Source: an uncultured Methanosarcinales archaeon (GTDB lineage Archaea > Nanobdellota > Nanobdellia > Woesearchaeales > GW2011-AR4). From it: a DNA stretch of 64,000 nucleotides. The stretch is taken from assembly GCA_964396095.1 (NCBI GenBank), contig CAYNCK010000024.1, forward strand, positions 8,079-72,078, read 5' to 3'. Below are positions 28,681 through 37,410 of the stretch, one piece after another. The position numbers and the translations under genes are program-made. Position 1 is the stretch's first letter. The number at the start of each line of letters is the position of its first letter. The notes beneath the pieces were generated by a model. That model was not told the DNA's origin. It did no database searches and saw only the letters and a program-made list of their open reading frames with translations.

Positions 28681-30096
28681 ATGAAAGTTTTACTTATAAC
28701 CCCACCATATCCAAAAGACAGGATTTTTAGGAAATCAATGAAGAATCTTGGAGCTGTATTGCCTCCTTTAGGTATAGCTTACATAGCTTCAATGCTTGAA
28801 AAAGATGGCCATAATGTGAAGATTATCGACGGCCCTGCATGGGCAACTATTCTTGGCTATGATTTTACTGATCTGGAAAGGGACATAAAGGAATTTGCCC
28901 CTGATGTTGTAGGAATTTCAGCGTCAACCTCTCAAATAGACCATGCAAAAAGGGCAATTTCAATCGCAAAATATGTAAACAAGAAATGCGTTGTCATACT
29001 TGGAGGCACCCTTATAAGCGCTGACCCAAAGGCTTTGCTGAAATTCGAGCAGGTTGATTTTGGAGTCTACGGGGAAGCAGACTTGACCTTTTCTGAAATT
29101 TTGAAAACTGTTGAAGCCAAAAAGTCTGTTGAAGGCATGGAAGGGGTAATCTGGAGAGAAAATGAAGATGTAAGATTCCTAAAGCCAAAGGTAATTACAG
29201 AATTAGACCAGATTCCAATGCCTGCAAGGCATCTTTTAAGGATGGAAATATATAGGCCATCTCCTGCAAATTACAGAAGATTGCCAGCCACAACAATAAT
29301 GACATCAAGAGGCTGCCCTTACCAATGCATTTTCTGCTCAAGGCCGACAGAAGGCACTGCATTTCGGGCGCATTCTGCTGAAAGGGTTGTTGCTGAAATA
29401 GAGCAGCTCACAACAAAATACGGCATAAAAGACCTGCAGATTTTTGACGACACATTCAGCTTGATTCCAAGCAGAGTTGAAAGAATTTGCAAATTGCTTA
29501 TTGAAAAAAAGATTGACATAAGCTGGAACTGCATGACCAGAGTTGACAAGATAAATCCCGAATTGCTTGCATTGATGAAAAAAGCAGGCTGCTACGAAAT
29601 TGGCTTTGGAATCGAGTCAGGCTCTGACAGGATATTGCAATTCATCAAGAAATCAACAACAACAGAGCTGATAAGGAGGGGAGTCAAAATGACAAAGGAA
29701 GCTGGAATTGATGTCAGGGGATTTTTCATGATTGGCTTTCCTACAGAGACAAGACAAGAGATTCTTCAGACAATCAGCTTTGCCAAAGAGCTTGATGTTG
29801 ATGTTGCTCAGTTCATGGTTTCAACTCCATTCCCCGGAACTGAAATGTGGGAGATAGCAAAGCAGAATGGAAATATAAATGATGATGACTGGAACAGCTT
29901 CACGTTTTACGCTCCAGACAAGATGCCATTCTCTTCAAATTTATTGAGCGACAATGAACTGCTTTCACTTTACAAGAAAGCCTACAAGTCATATTACTTA
30001 AGGCCAAAGTTCATGCTTAGGCAGCTGATGAAAATGAAATCTCCAGCAGATATAAGCAGGTACTGGCTTGCAGCAAAAGGAGTCCTTGGATGGTAG
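28681..30096 (+). CDS. B12-binding-domain radical SAM protein, paralog 3
   Basis: MKVLLITPPYP, ILGGTLIS, TSRGCPYQCIFCS, GIESG and FMIGFPTE. ATG at 28681, with GAGAGGTG ~12 nt upstream, is preferred over GTG at 28669. Confidence 0.85.
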   Translation: MKVLLITPPYPKDRIFRKSMKNLGAVLPPLGIAYIASMLEKDGHNVKIIDGPAWATILGYDFTDLERDIKEFAPDVVGISASTSQIDHAKRAISIAKYVNKKCVVILGGTLISADPKALLKFEQVDFGVYGEADLTFSEILKTVEAKKSVEGMEGVIWRENEDVRFLKPKVITELDQIPMPARHLLRMEIYRPSPANYRRLPATTIMTSRGCPYQCIFCSRPTEGTAFRAHSAERVVAEIEQLTTKYGIKDLQIFDDTFSLIPSRVERICKLLIEKKIDISWNCMTRVDKINPELLALMKKAGCYEIGFGIESGSDRILQFIKKSTTTELIRRGVKMTKEAGIDVRGFFMIGFPTETRQEILQTISFAKELDVDVAQFMVSTPFPGTEMWEIAKQNGNINDDDWNSFTFYAPDKMPFSSNLLSDNELLSLYKKAYKSYYLRPKFMLRQLMKMKSPADISRYWLAAKGVLGW

Positions 30097-30105
30097 ATAA
30101 TTAAA

Positions 30106-30372
30106 TTATTTATATGCCCTGTCATGATGCTCAAATTCTACTAATTGAACTGCATTTCTTTCTTTATCTATTTTGAAAATCAAAACAAAAGAGCCCGAGA
30201 TATGCACTCTTCTTAAATGCTGCATTGGAGATTTTAATGGTTTGTAATGATGAGGATTTTGCAAAATCTCATTAATCTTCTTATTGATTGCATCAGGAGT
30301 TTTTTTATCTTTTTTGTATAATTTACCAAAAGCTTTATTTAAATTTTCAGCAACTTCCAAAGAATAAGCCAC
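30106..30372 (-). CDS. RelE/ParE-family type II toxin
   Basis: 88 aa with PHHYKPLKSPMQHLRRVHISGSFVLIFKIDKERNAVQLVEFEHHDRAY, the typical RelE-like C-terminus. The GTG start overlaps the antitoxin TAG by 1 nt. Confidence 0.8.
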   Translation of the reverse strand: MAYSLEVAENLNKAFGKLYKKDKKTPDAINKKINEILQNPHHYKPLKSPMQHLRRVHISGSFVLIFKIDKERNAVQLVEFEHHDRAYK

Positions 30373-30605
30373 TAGCCAACACCATACTGCTCGGCGAAAT
30401 TCCTTACCTTGACAAATTTGCCCTTCTCTGCCTTCTTTATCCTTTCAATGAACTCCGGCTTAAGCTCCGGCTCATTTGCATTTTCTATATAATACTCTAT
30501 AACCGCTTTAACAGCTTCTGACTTGCCCTTCAATCCCAATTTAGCCTTGACTATATTAAGCACCCTGTTTTCATTTTCATCAATTTCAATCAATGCCTGC
30601 ACCAT
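30372..30605 (-). CDS. Antitoxin-like small protein (DUF2683-like)
   Basis: 77 aa. MVQALIEIDENENRVLNIVKAKLGLKGKSEAVKAVIEYY resembles the archaeal DUF2683 pattern as I recall it. Immediately upstream of the RelE-like toxin and overlapping it. Confidence 0.6.
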   Translation of the reverse strand: MVQALIEIDENENRVLNIVKAKLGLKGKSEAVKAVIEYYIENANEPELKPEFIERIKKAEKGKFVKVRNFAEQYGVG

Positions 30606-30615
30606 ATAACCTCAC

Positions 30616-30647
30616 CTAAGTTTGTCTAAGTTGGACTTATTTATAAA
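30616..30647 (-). promoter_or_regulatory. Promoter/operator region of the RelE locus: TATA-like box plus tandem AACTTAG repeats
   Basis: Minus-strand reading: TTTATAAAT (30639-30647), then AACTTAG-ACA-AACTTAG (30616-30632), then GGTGAGGT (30609-30616) 3 nt before ATG 30605. Confidence 0.4.
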
Positions 30648-30771
30648 GGTTGCTGTTTTTAGTGACGAATATAGAATGGCTAATCCTATGGATCAAGAGG
30701 GATATAAGAATATCGATTATGCCAACTTCAACAAATAAACTTTTAAATATCCCTTATGTTTCTCCTGTATT

Positions 30772-31506
30772 ATGAAAAAGCCAGACATTACAATGTTTTT
30801 TCCTGCTTACAATGAAGCTGAAAATATACCAAAAATGCTCAATTCTGCAGTTAAAGTCCTGAAAGATGTTGCAAATGAATATGAAATACTTGTTGTTGTT
30901 TACGGAGGCTCAACAGACGGAACTATAGATACCGTGAAGAAATTTGAGAAAAAGAATAAAAAAATAAGGCTTCTGATTCAGCCAAAAGAAAAAAAAGGGA
31001 TAGGATATGCAAAGATTATGGGATTTACAAATGCAAAATACCCTTATATATTTTATGCTGATTCTGACAACCAGTTTGACCTGAATGATTTCAGGAAATT
31101 TCTGCCTTACATAGGAAAGTACGACATAATTGCAGGATACAGGATTGAAAGGAATGACCCAAAGACAAGAATAGTAATCTCGAAAATATATAATTCTGTA
31201 ATGAAGGTTTTGTTCGGCGCAAAGGAAAAGGACTTGGACTGCGCATTCAGGCTTGTCAGCAAAAAGGTTATAAACAGCATAAGCTTGACATGCTCGACAG
31301 GACTGGCGACGACAGAGATACTTGTGAAGGCAAGGAAAAAGGGCTTTAGTATAAAAGAAGTCGGAGTCAACCATTATCCGAGAATCTTGGGCAAGCCGGT
31401 TTTCGAGTGGGAAATCGGATTGAATTTGCCGAAGCCTAAAGTTGTAATGAATATTTTGAAGGAAACGGCAAAGCTGTGGATTGACATGCGCATAAGGGGA
31501 AAATAA
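30772..31506 (+). CDS. GT2 polyprenyl-phosphate sugar synthase-like glycosyltransferase
   Basis: TMFFPAYNEAENI, GGSTDGT, FYADSDNQF, IIAGYRIER and LDCAFRL. Confidence 0.85.
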   Translation: MKKPDITMFFPAYNEAENIPKMLNSAVKVLKDVANEYEILVVVYGGSTDGTIDTVKKFEKKNKKIRLLIQPKEKKGIGYAKIMGFTNAKYPYIFYADSDNQFDLNDFRKFLPYIGKYDIIAGYRIERNDPKTRIVISKIYNSVMKVLFGAKEKDLDCAFRLVSKKVINSISLTCSTGLATTEILVKARKKGFSIKEVGVNHYPRILGKPVFEWEIGLNLPKPKVVMNILKETAKLWIDMRIRGK

Positions 31507-31507
31507 A

Positions 31508-31681
31508 ATGGCAGGATTAATCTGGCATGCAAGGAATTTTTTCAGGCTCCTGTGGAATGTTCACATTCGCCATAGATGCCCCGTCTGCAAGAAAAAAATA
31601 ATCGAAACAAATTATCCGGAAGAGTTCATCCAGCAGGCAAAATGCTCTGACAAAAAGTGTGGCTGGGGATGGAACAGATGA
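31508..31681 (+). CDS. Unlisted 57-aa ORF with zinc-ribbon-like CxxC...CxxxxC motif
   Basis: My translation: MAGLIWHARNFFRLLWNVHIRHRCPVCKKKIIETNYPEEFIQQAKCSDKKCGWGWNR. It starts 1 nt after the GT2 stop. Its TGA overlaps the ATG of the next gene (ATGA at 31678-31681). It is below the 60-aa cutoff of the ORF track. Confidence 0.5.
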   Translation: MAGLIWHARNFFRLLWNVHIRHRCPVCKKKIIETNYPEEFIQQAKCSDKKCGWGWNR

Positions 31682-32241
31682 GCCTTTTTGAATCAGCAAT
31701 AAAATCCCTCCTCCTCATAAAGGCAGCCAAAATTAATGATTGCTGCAGTGAATTTCTCAGTGGAAAAGTTCTTGATGTGGGCTCTGGAAGATGCTATATT
31801 GCAGACGAAATACTGTCAAAAAACAACCTCAGTGTGACATGCCTTGACGTTAATGATTTAAGCCAGACAAAAATGAAGGTTGTTGTCTATGACGGGTTGA
31901 ACTTTCCTTTCAAAAACAACGAGTTTGACTCTGCATTGGTGGCCTATGTTTTCCACCATTGCGAGGATCCAATAAAAGTTCTGAAAGAAGTTATCAGGGT
32001 CTGCAAAGGCAACATAGTAATTTTCGAGGACACAAAACCATCCTTATTCACAAATTCAATGGATTTTTTGGCAAACAAGATAAGGGGAGTTGAAACTCCG
32101 TTTAAGTTCATGACAGAAAAGCAATGGCTGGCCATTTTTAAAAAGTTAAATTTAAAAGTAATGGCAGTTAAGCACAAGGTAGAGCAGGAGTGGTTTTACC
32201 CATTGGTGGAGCATACAATGATAGTTGTAAGGAAAAAATAA
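31678..32241 (+). CDS. Class I SAM-dependent methyltransferase
   Basis: VLDVGSGRCYIA, TCLDVN and FDSALVAYVFHHCEDP. ATG at 31678 (ATGA coupling) is preferred over GTG at 31657. Confidence 0.8.
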   Translation: MSLFESAIKSLLLIKAAKINDCCSEFLSGKVLDVGSGRCYIADEILSKNNLSVTCLDVNDLSQTKMKVVVYDGLNFPFKNNEFDSALVAYVFHHCEDPIKVLKEVIRVCKGNIVIFEDTKPSLFTNSMDFLANKIRGVETPFKFMTEKQWLAIFKKLNLKVMAVKHKVEQEWFYPLVEHTMIVVRKK

Positions 32242-32251
32242 CTAAGTTTAG

Positions 32252-32376
32252 TTTAATTGTTAGGAATTCCCCATCACTTGCGATGGATGGGTTTTTAAAA
32301 CCAATACACTAAACTTTTATGGGAATTCCTAACATTAAAAATACCCCGCCCCTTAGGGCGGTTGGGATTTTTATTT
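32252..32376 (+). repeat. Copy B of the ~125-nt structured intergenic repeat
   Basis: A perfect 13-bp stem GTTAGGAATTCCC / GGGAATTCCTAAC encloses CCATC-ACTTGC-GATGG. Then CCGCCC-CTTA-GGGCGG is followed by TTGGGATTTTTATTT. Begins ~10 nt after the methyltransferase stop. Confidence 0.6.
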
Positions 32377-32778
32377 GATTTTAACAATGTAATAAATAGG
32401 CGAGGTGGCTCGACTTGGCAATAGGAGAGACGCCGAGCACTAAATATTGTGAGCGAAGCGAACAGATTAAAAATAATTCAAAGTAAGATACAATCAAATT
32501 TTGTAAATAATTTTCCACAAATTAAATATCCTTACTTACTGTCTGCCTGGACATGTAGGAAATGAAACATTTCCGAGCACACTCAAAAATTTTCAATTTT
32601 CGATTATTGGGCACGTCCAATATCACTCAAAGTGAGATTTGAACGTTAAGTGAGAATAAATAAAATCCATAAACGATTGAAACAAACAATATACAATAAA
32701 TAATAAATAAACTCATTAAAAAATCAATAAACAAAATTCAAATTAAAATATACAAATCAAAATTAAAAAACCAATAAA

Positions 32779-34248
32779 ATGAAATCACAAAAGGACTTTC
32801 CGGCAATTGATGCTTATGAATCGATGTTTGGGAGAAAGGTTGAAGAAACTGAAAGCTTCATGCCGAGCATTCTTCCATTGAACCTAAACAAGCAGCTGAT
32901 CCATTCAGTGATGGGGAAAGCCAAAAAGGAAAAGAAATGGGTTCTTGCTTTTGTCATAGGCACAAAGCCCTGCTTCTACAAGTTCTACGGCTCGATTGTT
33001 GCTGCGAACAAGGCAGGAATTCCAAGCTTCATAATAAATTCAAACCAGCATTACGATGATGTCTTGACTCATGGGCTTACAGAATTCAATCTAAAAAGCC
33101 AGGTTGCATGCAACCTATCTATAAGGGGCGACTTGGCTCAAAAATCTGCAGAGCTTATGCTGAAAGTAAGCTGGCTTGCACGCTACCTAAAGAATGAATG
33201 GCCCGATGTGACTGTTGTCCCTGTTGTCTTAGGTGACACAATTATGACGGCGATTGTTCCTGCTGCGTGGATGTTTGCACGGCTTGAAAAAGCTATACAG
33301 GTTGAAGCCGGACTGAGGTCAATGGCTCCTGAAGTCATGAAAAGATACAAGGATGTTGACATTGAGACTTTCATAGACCAGCAGTTTTACGGCAAATGGC
33401 TGTTGCTGAGGAACGAGCCGTTTCCGGAGCAATGGGATACCTTTACATCAGCTGCAGGGAGCGAATATTTGTTTGCTCCTGTAAATCTCAACAGAGACCA
33501 TTTGATAAGGGAAGGCTATCCTGAAAAAAACATCTGGGTTACAGGCGGGGTTGTTGTTGACGCGCTTGAGCTCAAAAGAAAAGAGAAATCTGAAAAAAGC
33601 GTTTTTAATGTATATCCTCAGCTTGAAAAAGGAAAGTGGCTCAGGGTTGACATTCACAGAAGGGAAAATTTGACTCCGAGAAGGTTCAAGTCAATTATAG
33701 GGGCAGTTGAAGAACTTGTCATGAAAGGGTACAATCTGAATTTTATCGAGATGAGCGCAACAAGAAGCGCTCTTGACTTCTACAAAATGAGAGGGGTAAT
33801 AGAAAAGCTCAAGAAAAAGAAGAACTTTTTGCATACTAATGTATGGCCCGAATATGCCCATGTCATTGAGTTTTTTCAGTCAAAAAACTGCCTTGCTGCA
33901 TTAACAGACTCCGGAGGCGTTCAGGAGGAGCTCAACCTAATTGGAAAAGCATGCCTGACCTGCAGGCTGAGCACCGACAGGCCCGAAACAGTTTTTGATG
34001 CAAAAAGCAACATTCTATCTCCGCCAATAAGCAAAGAGTACCTTGTAAAAATCATCAAGCACATAAATTCTGATGAGGAGCTTGTAAAAAAAATGAACAT
34101 GCCAAAAAAGCTTTACGGCAACAAGGCAGGCCAAAAAATAATATCAATTGTTTCTGAACTTATAAAAAAGAAGGACCATCCGTTTAAATGGGCACACGAA
34201 GTGCTGGGATTGTGGACAGAAGAGGAAAAAGGTGTTAGATATCTCTGA
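32779..34248 (+). CDS. UDP-N-acetylglucosamine 2-epimerase family protein (WecB/WbpI-like) with N-terminal extension
   Basis: FVIGTKPCFYK, the hallmark LTDSGGVQEE, and STDRPE; 489 aa, long for the family. Confidence 0.8.
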   Translation: MKSQKDFPAIDAYESMFGRKVEETESFMPSILPLNLNKQLIHSVMGKAKKEKKWVLAFVIGTKPCFYKFYGSIVAANKAGIPSFIINSNQHYDDVLTHGLTEFNLKSQVACNLSIRGDLAQKSAELMLKVSWLARYLKNEWPDVTVVPVVLGDTIMTAIVPAAWMFARLEKAIQVEAGLRSMAPEVMKRYKDVDIETFIDQQFYGKWLLLRNEPFPEQWDTFTSAAGSEYLFAPVNLNRDHLIREGYPEKNIWVTGGVVVDALELKRKEKSEKSVFNVYPQLEKGKWLRVDIHRRENLTPRRFKSIIGAVEELVMKGYNLNFIEMSATRSALDFYKMRGVIEKLKKKKNFLHTNVWPEYAHVIEFFQSKNCLAALTDSGGVQEELNLIGKACLTCRLSTDRPETVFDAKSNILSPPISKEYLVKIIKHINSDEELVKKMNMPKKLYGNKAGQKIISIVSELIKKKDHPFKWAHEVLGLWTEEEKGVRYL

Positions 34249-36505
34249 TTTCAATCCGTCTAAAAAACCAAGGCAGCATATTTTTGCAGTTTTTCTGTTG
34301 TTTGCAGTATCCTTGATTTTTTTTCATAGTATAATCTCTAATAGTACCTTGCTGGATAATGTCCATCACATAAACAATCTTGCATTTCTCTCTTACAGCA
34401 TAAAAGACGGGATTTTCAACCATCACGAATTTCCGTTATGGACTCCTTATTTCTTCAGCGGCATTCCTTTGATAGCAATTCCGGAGCATTACATCTTTGA
34501 CATGAACCTTGTTTTAATTCTTCTCTTCAGAGATATTTATCTCGCAATGAACATGTCAGTCATCATTTATTTTTTTGCAGCAGGGCTTGGAATGTATTTT
34601 CTAGTTTTTGAGATGATAGGCAGCAAAAAATCTGCATTTATATCTGCCTTGATTTATATGCTAAATGGATTCATGCACACCTTTTTGATTGGCGCCCATA
34701 TAAACCTCCTTGAAAGCTATGCATTGATTCCGTTTGCAGTTTTATTCACCATAAAGGCATTGAAGGAAAAGGAATGGATCGCATATTCTATTCTTGCAGG
34801 GGCTTTCCTTGCAATGCAGATTTTGATGGGTGGCGTTATTTTTTTCTTTTACACGGCTGTATTGCTTGGATTGCTGATTGTATATAATTTTGTTTTAAAT
34901 CCAAATCTTAAAAATATTAAAAGGATAACATCTGCTGTGGCCATTATTGCTTTTGTCATGCTCGGTCTGTCAGTAGTTAAATTATTGCCGACAATAGAGT
35001 TTGTCAGGCAGTCATCAAGGGCATCGGCAGTCAGCTATGGGGAATACCTTGGCAACCCTTTGAATATTAAGAATGCATTTAATATTTTTATTTATAACAT
35101 CGGCTACAATGATATTTCAGGAGCTCTTGGAATTGTTGGGTTTGCACTTCTTCTGCTTGGATTGATGTCGTTCAGGAAAAAATACCTGATTTTTTCAATA
35201 ATTATTGTTGTTCTTGGCATCTTGCTTGCTGCAGGCACCCCTATTGCTAAATTATTCTTCAATTATGTTCCAGGATTCTCGCAGATGAGGCACATTGAAC
35301 GAGCCCTTGTGTTTTTTGTTTTGGGAAGCTCGGTGGCAATAGGATATGGTTCATTAAATTTGTTCTCAAAATTGCAAAACAAAAAAATTTCAAAATTTAT
35401 TATTAATGCAGTTTTTATTTTGCTTGTTGTTGCTATATTTTCAGAAATGTTTCTATTTCAAAACAAATTTGCAGTCGTGAAAGTTGTCAATCCAGATGAT
35501 ATCGGGCTTTTGCAGCACATTAGCAAAGACAAGGATTTGTTCAGGACAATGAACCTTGGATTAAAGGAGATTGTTGGCACTTCAGGCTATGTTTACTATG
35601 CTCAAAAAGGAATTGAAGATGCGAAAGGGGGAGGGGGCATCTGGACAGACGATTACATAAATTACATTGCCATCTCTGAGCAGCTTAACCCTTCAAGATT
35701 ATGGGGATTAATAAATGTCAAGTATGTCGTTTCAGACAATCCGGTCGATATTCCAAATATTGAGTTCATAGGAAAATTCAATGAATGCAAGGATTGCGGA
35801 ATCTGGCAGGCATTCGGGCCTTACCTGTACCTCAACAAGGATTATGTTGAAAAAGCGTATTCAACTGACAAGGCAGTCCTAGTTGTCGGGGATGGCAAAT
35901 CAGCAAAAGATACTATTTATTTTCTAATTTCAAGAAATCCAAACCCATCTAATAGCGTTATAATTCAGGGGGGCGTAAGCATTAATGATTATTCCTCTCA
36001 AGATTTAAGAAAATTTTCTGCAATAATCCTCGGCAAAGGCTCTGCTGATCAAAACAGCCTTGCATTGCTCAGAAATTACCAGGCATCCGGAGGAACAATT
36101 CTTCCTGATGTCCTAAATGACAAGTCGGTTATTGACCAGAATGACATTAATGATTTGTTCCATAAAATAAACGGCACCCATGAGCATATTGATATAAAAT
36201 CATTTTCCTATAATGATGCTGCACTGGACATTTCGGGCAAGAAAGGTTTTGTCGTTTTTGGGGAAAGATATGCATTCTTTCCCGGCTGGAAGGTAATGCT
36301 TGACGGCAAAAATGCAGAAATCATGAAGGCAAACAACTATATCACCAGCATTTACATTGACGGGAATTATAATGAGATGAAATTCCAATACAAGCCAGCT
36401 TCATTTTATAACGGGCTTTACATAACTCTTGCAGCTTTATTTTTAATTATTATTTATTTTTCATTTTTAGCATACAAAAGAATTAATGCTAAAAAAGCCC
36501 TGTAG
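34232..36505 (+). CDS. YfhO-like GT-C membrane glycosyltransferase
   Basis: HHEFPLWTPYFFSGIPLIA resembles the YfhO N-terminal signature. It has more than 10 N-terminal helices, a large soluble domain and a final C-terminal TM helix (LYITLAALFLIIIYFSFLAY). The only in-frame start is GTG at 34232, overlapping the epimerase by 17 nt. Confidence 0.65.
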   Translation: MLDISDFNPSKKPRQHIFAVFLLFAVSLIFFHSIISNSTLLDNVHHINNLAFLSYSIKDGIFNHHEFPLWTPYFFSGIPLIAIPEHYIFDMNLVLILLFRDIYLAMNMSVIIYFFAAGLGMYFLVFEMIGSKKSAFISALIYMLNGFMHTFLIGAHINLLESYALIPFAVLFTIKALKEKEWIAYSILAGAFLAMQILMGGVIFFFYTAVLLGLLIVYNFVLNPNLKNIKRITSAVAIIAFVMLGLSVVKLLPTIEFVRQSSRASAVSYGEYLGNPLNIKNAFNIFIYNIGYNDISGALGIVGFALLLLGLMSFRKKYLIFSIIIVVLGILLAAGTPIAKLFFNYVPGFSQMRHIERALVFFVLGSSVAIGYGSLNLFSKLQNKKISKFIINAVFILLVVAIFSEMFLFQNKFAVVKVVNPDDIGLLQHISKDKDLFRTMNLGLKEIVGTSGYVYYAQKGIEDAKGGGGIWTDDYINYIAISEQLNPSRLWGLINVKYVVSDNPVDIPNIEFIGKFNECKDCGIWQAFGPYLYLNKDYVEKAYSTDKAVLVVGDGKSAKDTIYFLISRNPNPSNSVIIQGGVSINDYSSQDLRKFSAIILGKGSADQNSLALLRNYQASGGTILPDVLNDKSVIDQNDINDLFHKINGTHEHIDIKSFSYNDAALDISGKKGFVVFGERYAFFPGWKVMLDGKNAEIMKANNYITSIYIDGNYNEMKFQYKPASFYNGLYITLAALFLIIIYFSFLAYKRINAKKAL

Positions 36506-36507
36506 CT

Positions 36508-37410
36508 TCAAATTGATTTTAAAATTCCTTCCTTAAAGCCCGTGAACACGAAATTCAGGTCTTTTTTAATTTCTGAATTGTCAAGTTTTTCCCTCAGAGG
36601 AAAATACCTTAACTGCTGCGTTGTCAGGCTCGGGTTTGGAACAATTATCTCGTAAAAAGCAACAGCAGGCTTCAGCAGAAGCATCGGAACATGAATTTTT
36701 ATTACTTTTTTATCCATGGCATCAGCAATCATATCAATAATTTCATTTAGCGTAATCGCTTCATCACAGCAAGCATTGTAGGTTTTTTTCTTTTTTAAAA
36801 CAAGGCATTTAATTATTATTTCGACAATATCGTTCACAAAAACCGGCTGGAAAATATAATCTCCTGTGCCTATTACGGGAATAATTCTTGATTTTTTTAC
36901 CATTCCCGCAAGCTCGATGATGAATTTGTTGTCGCCTTTGCCGTAAATAACTGTCGGCCTTAATATTGTATAATTGATTTCGGATTTTTTTATTTCAATC
37001 TCAGCATCATGCTTGCTTTTGCCATACTCGGTCATTATTTTCCTTCCTGCCAAATCACTGCTTATGAAAATGAAATTATTGATTTTATTTTTTTTGGCAA
37101 TTCTCAGCAGGTTTTGCGTGGATTTCACATTAGAGTCAAGATAATCCTTGAAAGAATTTGATTTTATTATTCCTGCCAGGTGAATGATGCTAGAAATTTT
37201 TATTTTTTCAAGCGATTTTTCCAGCATATTGAAGTCAGTTAGCTGGCAAATAATTACTTTTATTTTATTGACTTTAAGATATTTTATGAATTTTTTGTCT
37301 GAAGATTCCCTCAGGATGCAGCATAGCTCATATTTTTCCCCGACAAGCTTTGAAATTAAATTCCTGCCAACAAAGCCGGAAGCCCCAGTGACTAAAATCA
37401 TGGTATTCAC
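36508..37410 (-). CDS. NAD-dependent epimerase/dehydratase (extended SDR)
   Basis: MILVTGASGFVGRNL and YGKSKHDAE (YxxxK). 4-nt overlap with the upstream rSAM gene. Confidence 0.8.
   Translation of the reverse strand: MNTMILVTGASGFVGRNLISKLVGEKYELCCILRESSDKKFIKYLKVNKIKVIICQLTDFNMLEKSLEKIKISSIIHLAGIIKSNSFKDYLDSNVKSTQNLLRIAKKNKINNFIFISSDLAGRKIMTEYGKSKHDAEIEIKKSEINYTILRPTVIYGKGDNKFIIELAGMVKKSRIIPVIGTGDYIFQPVFVNDIVEIIIKCLVLKKKKTYNACCDEAITLNEIIDMIADAMDKKVIKIHVPMLLLKPAVAFYEIIVPNPSLTTQQLRYFPLREKLDNSEIKKDLNFVFTGFKEGILKSI

Noticed and set aside
31517-31699. 60-aa minus-strand ORF
   Set aside because: It is antisense to the tightly coupled plus-strand zinc-ribbon ORF and to the methyltransferase start. 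It has no motif, and the plus-strand reading explains the spacing.
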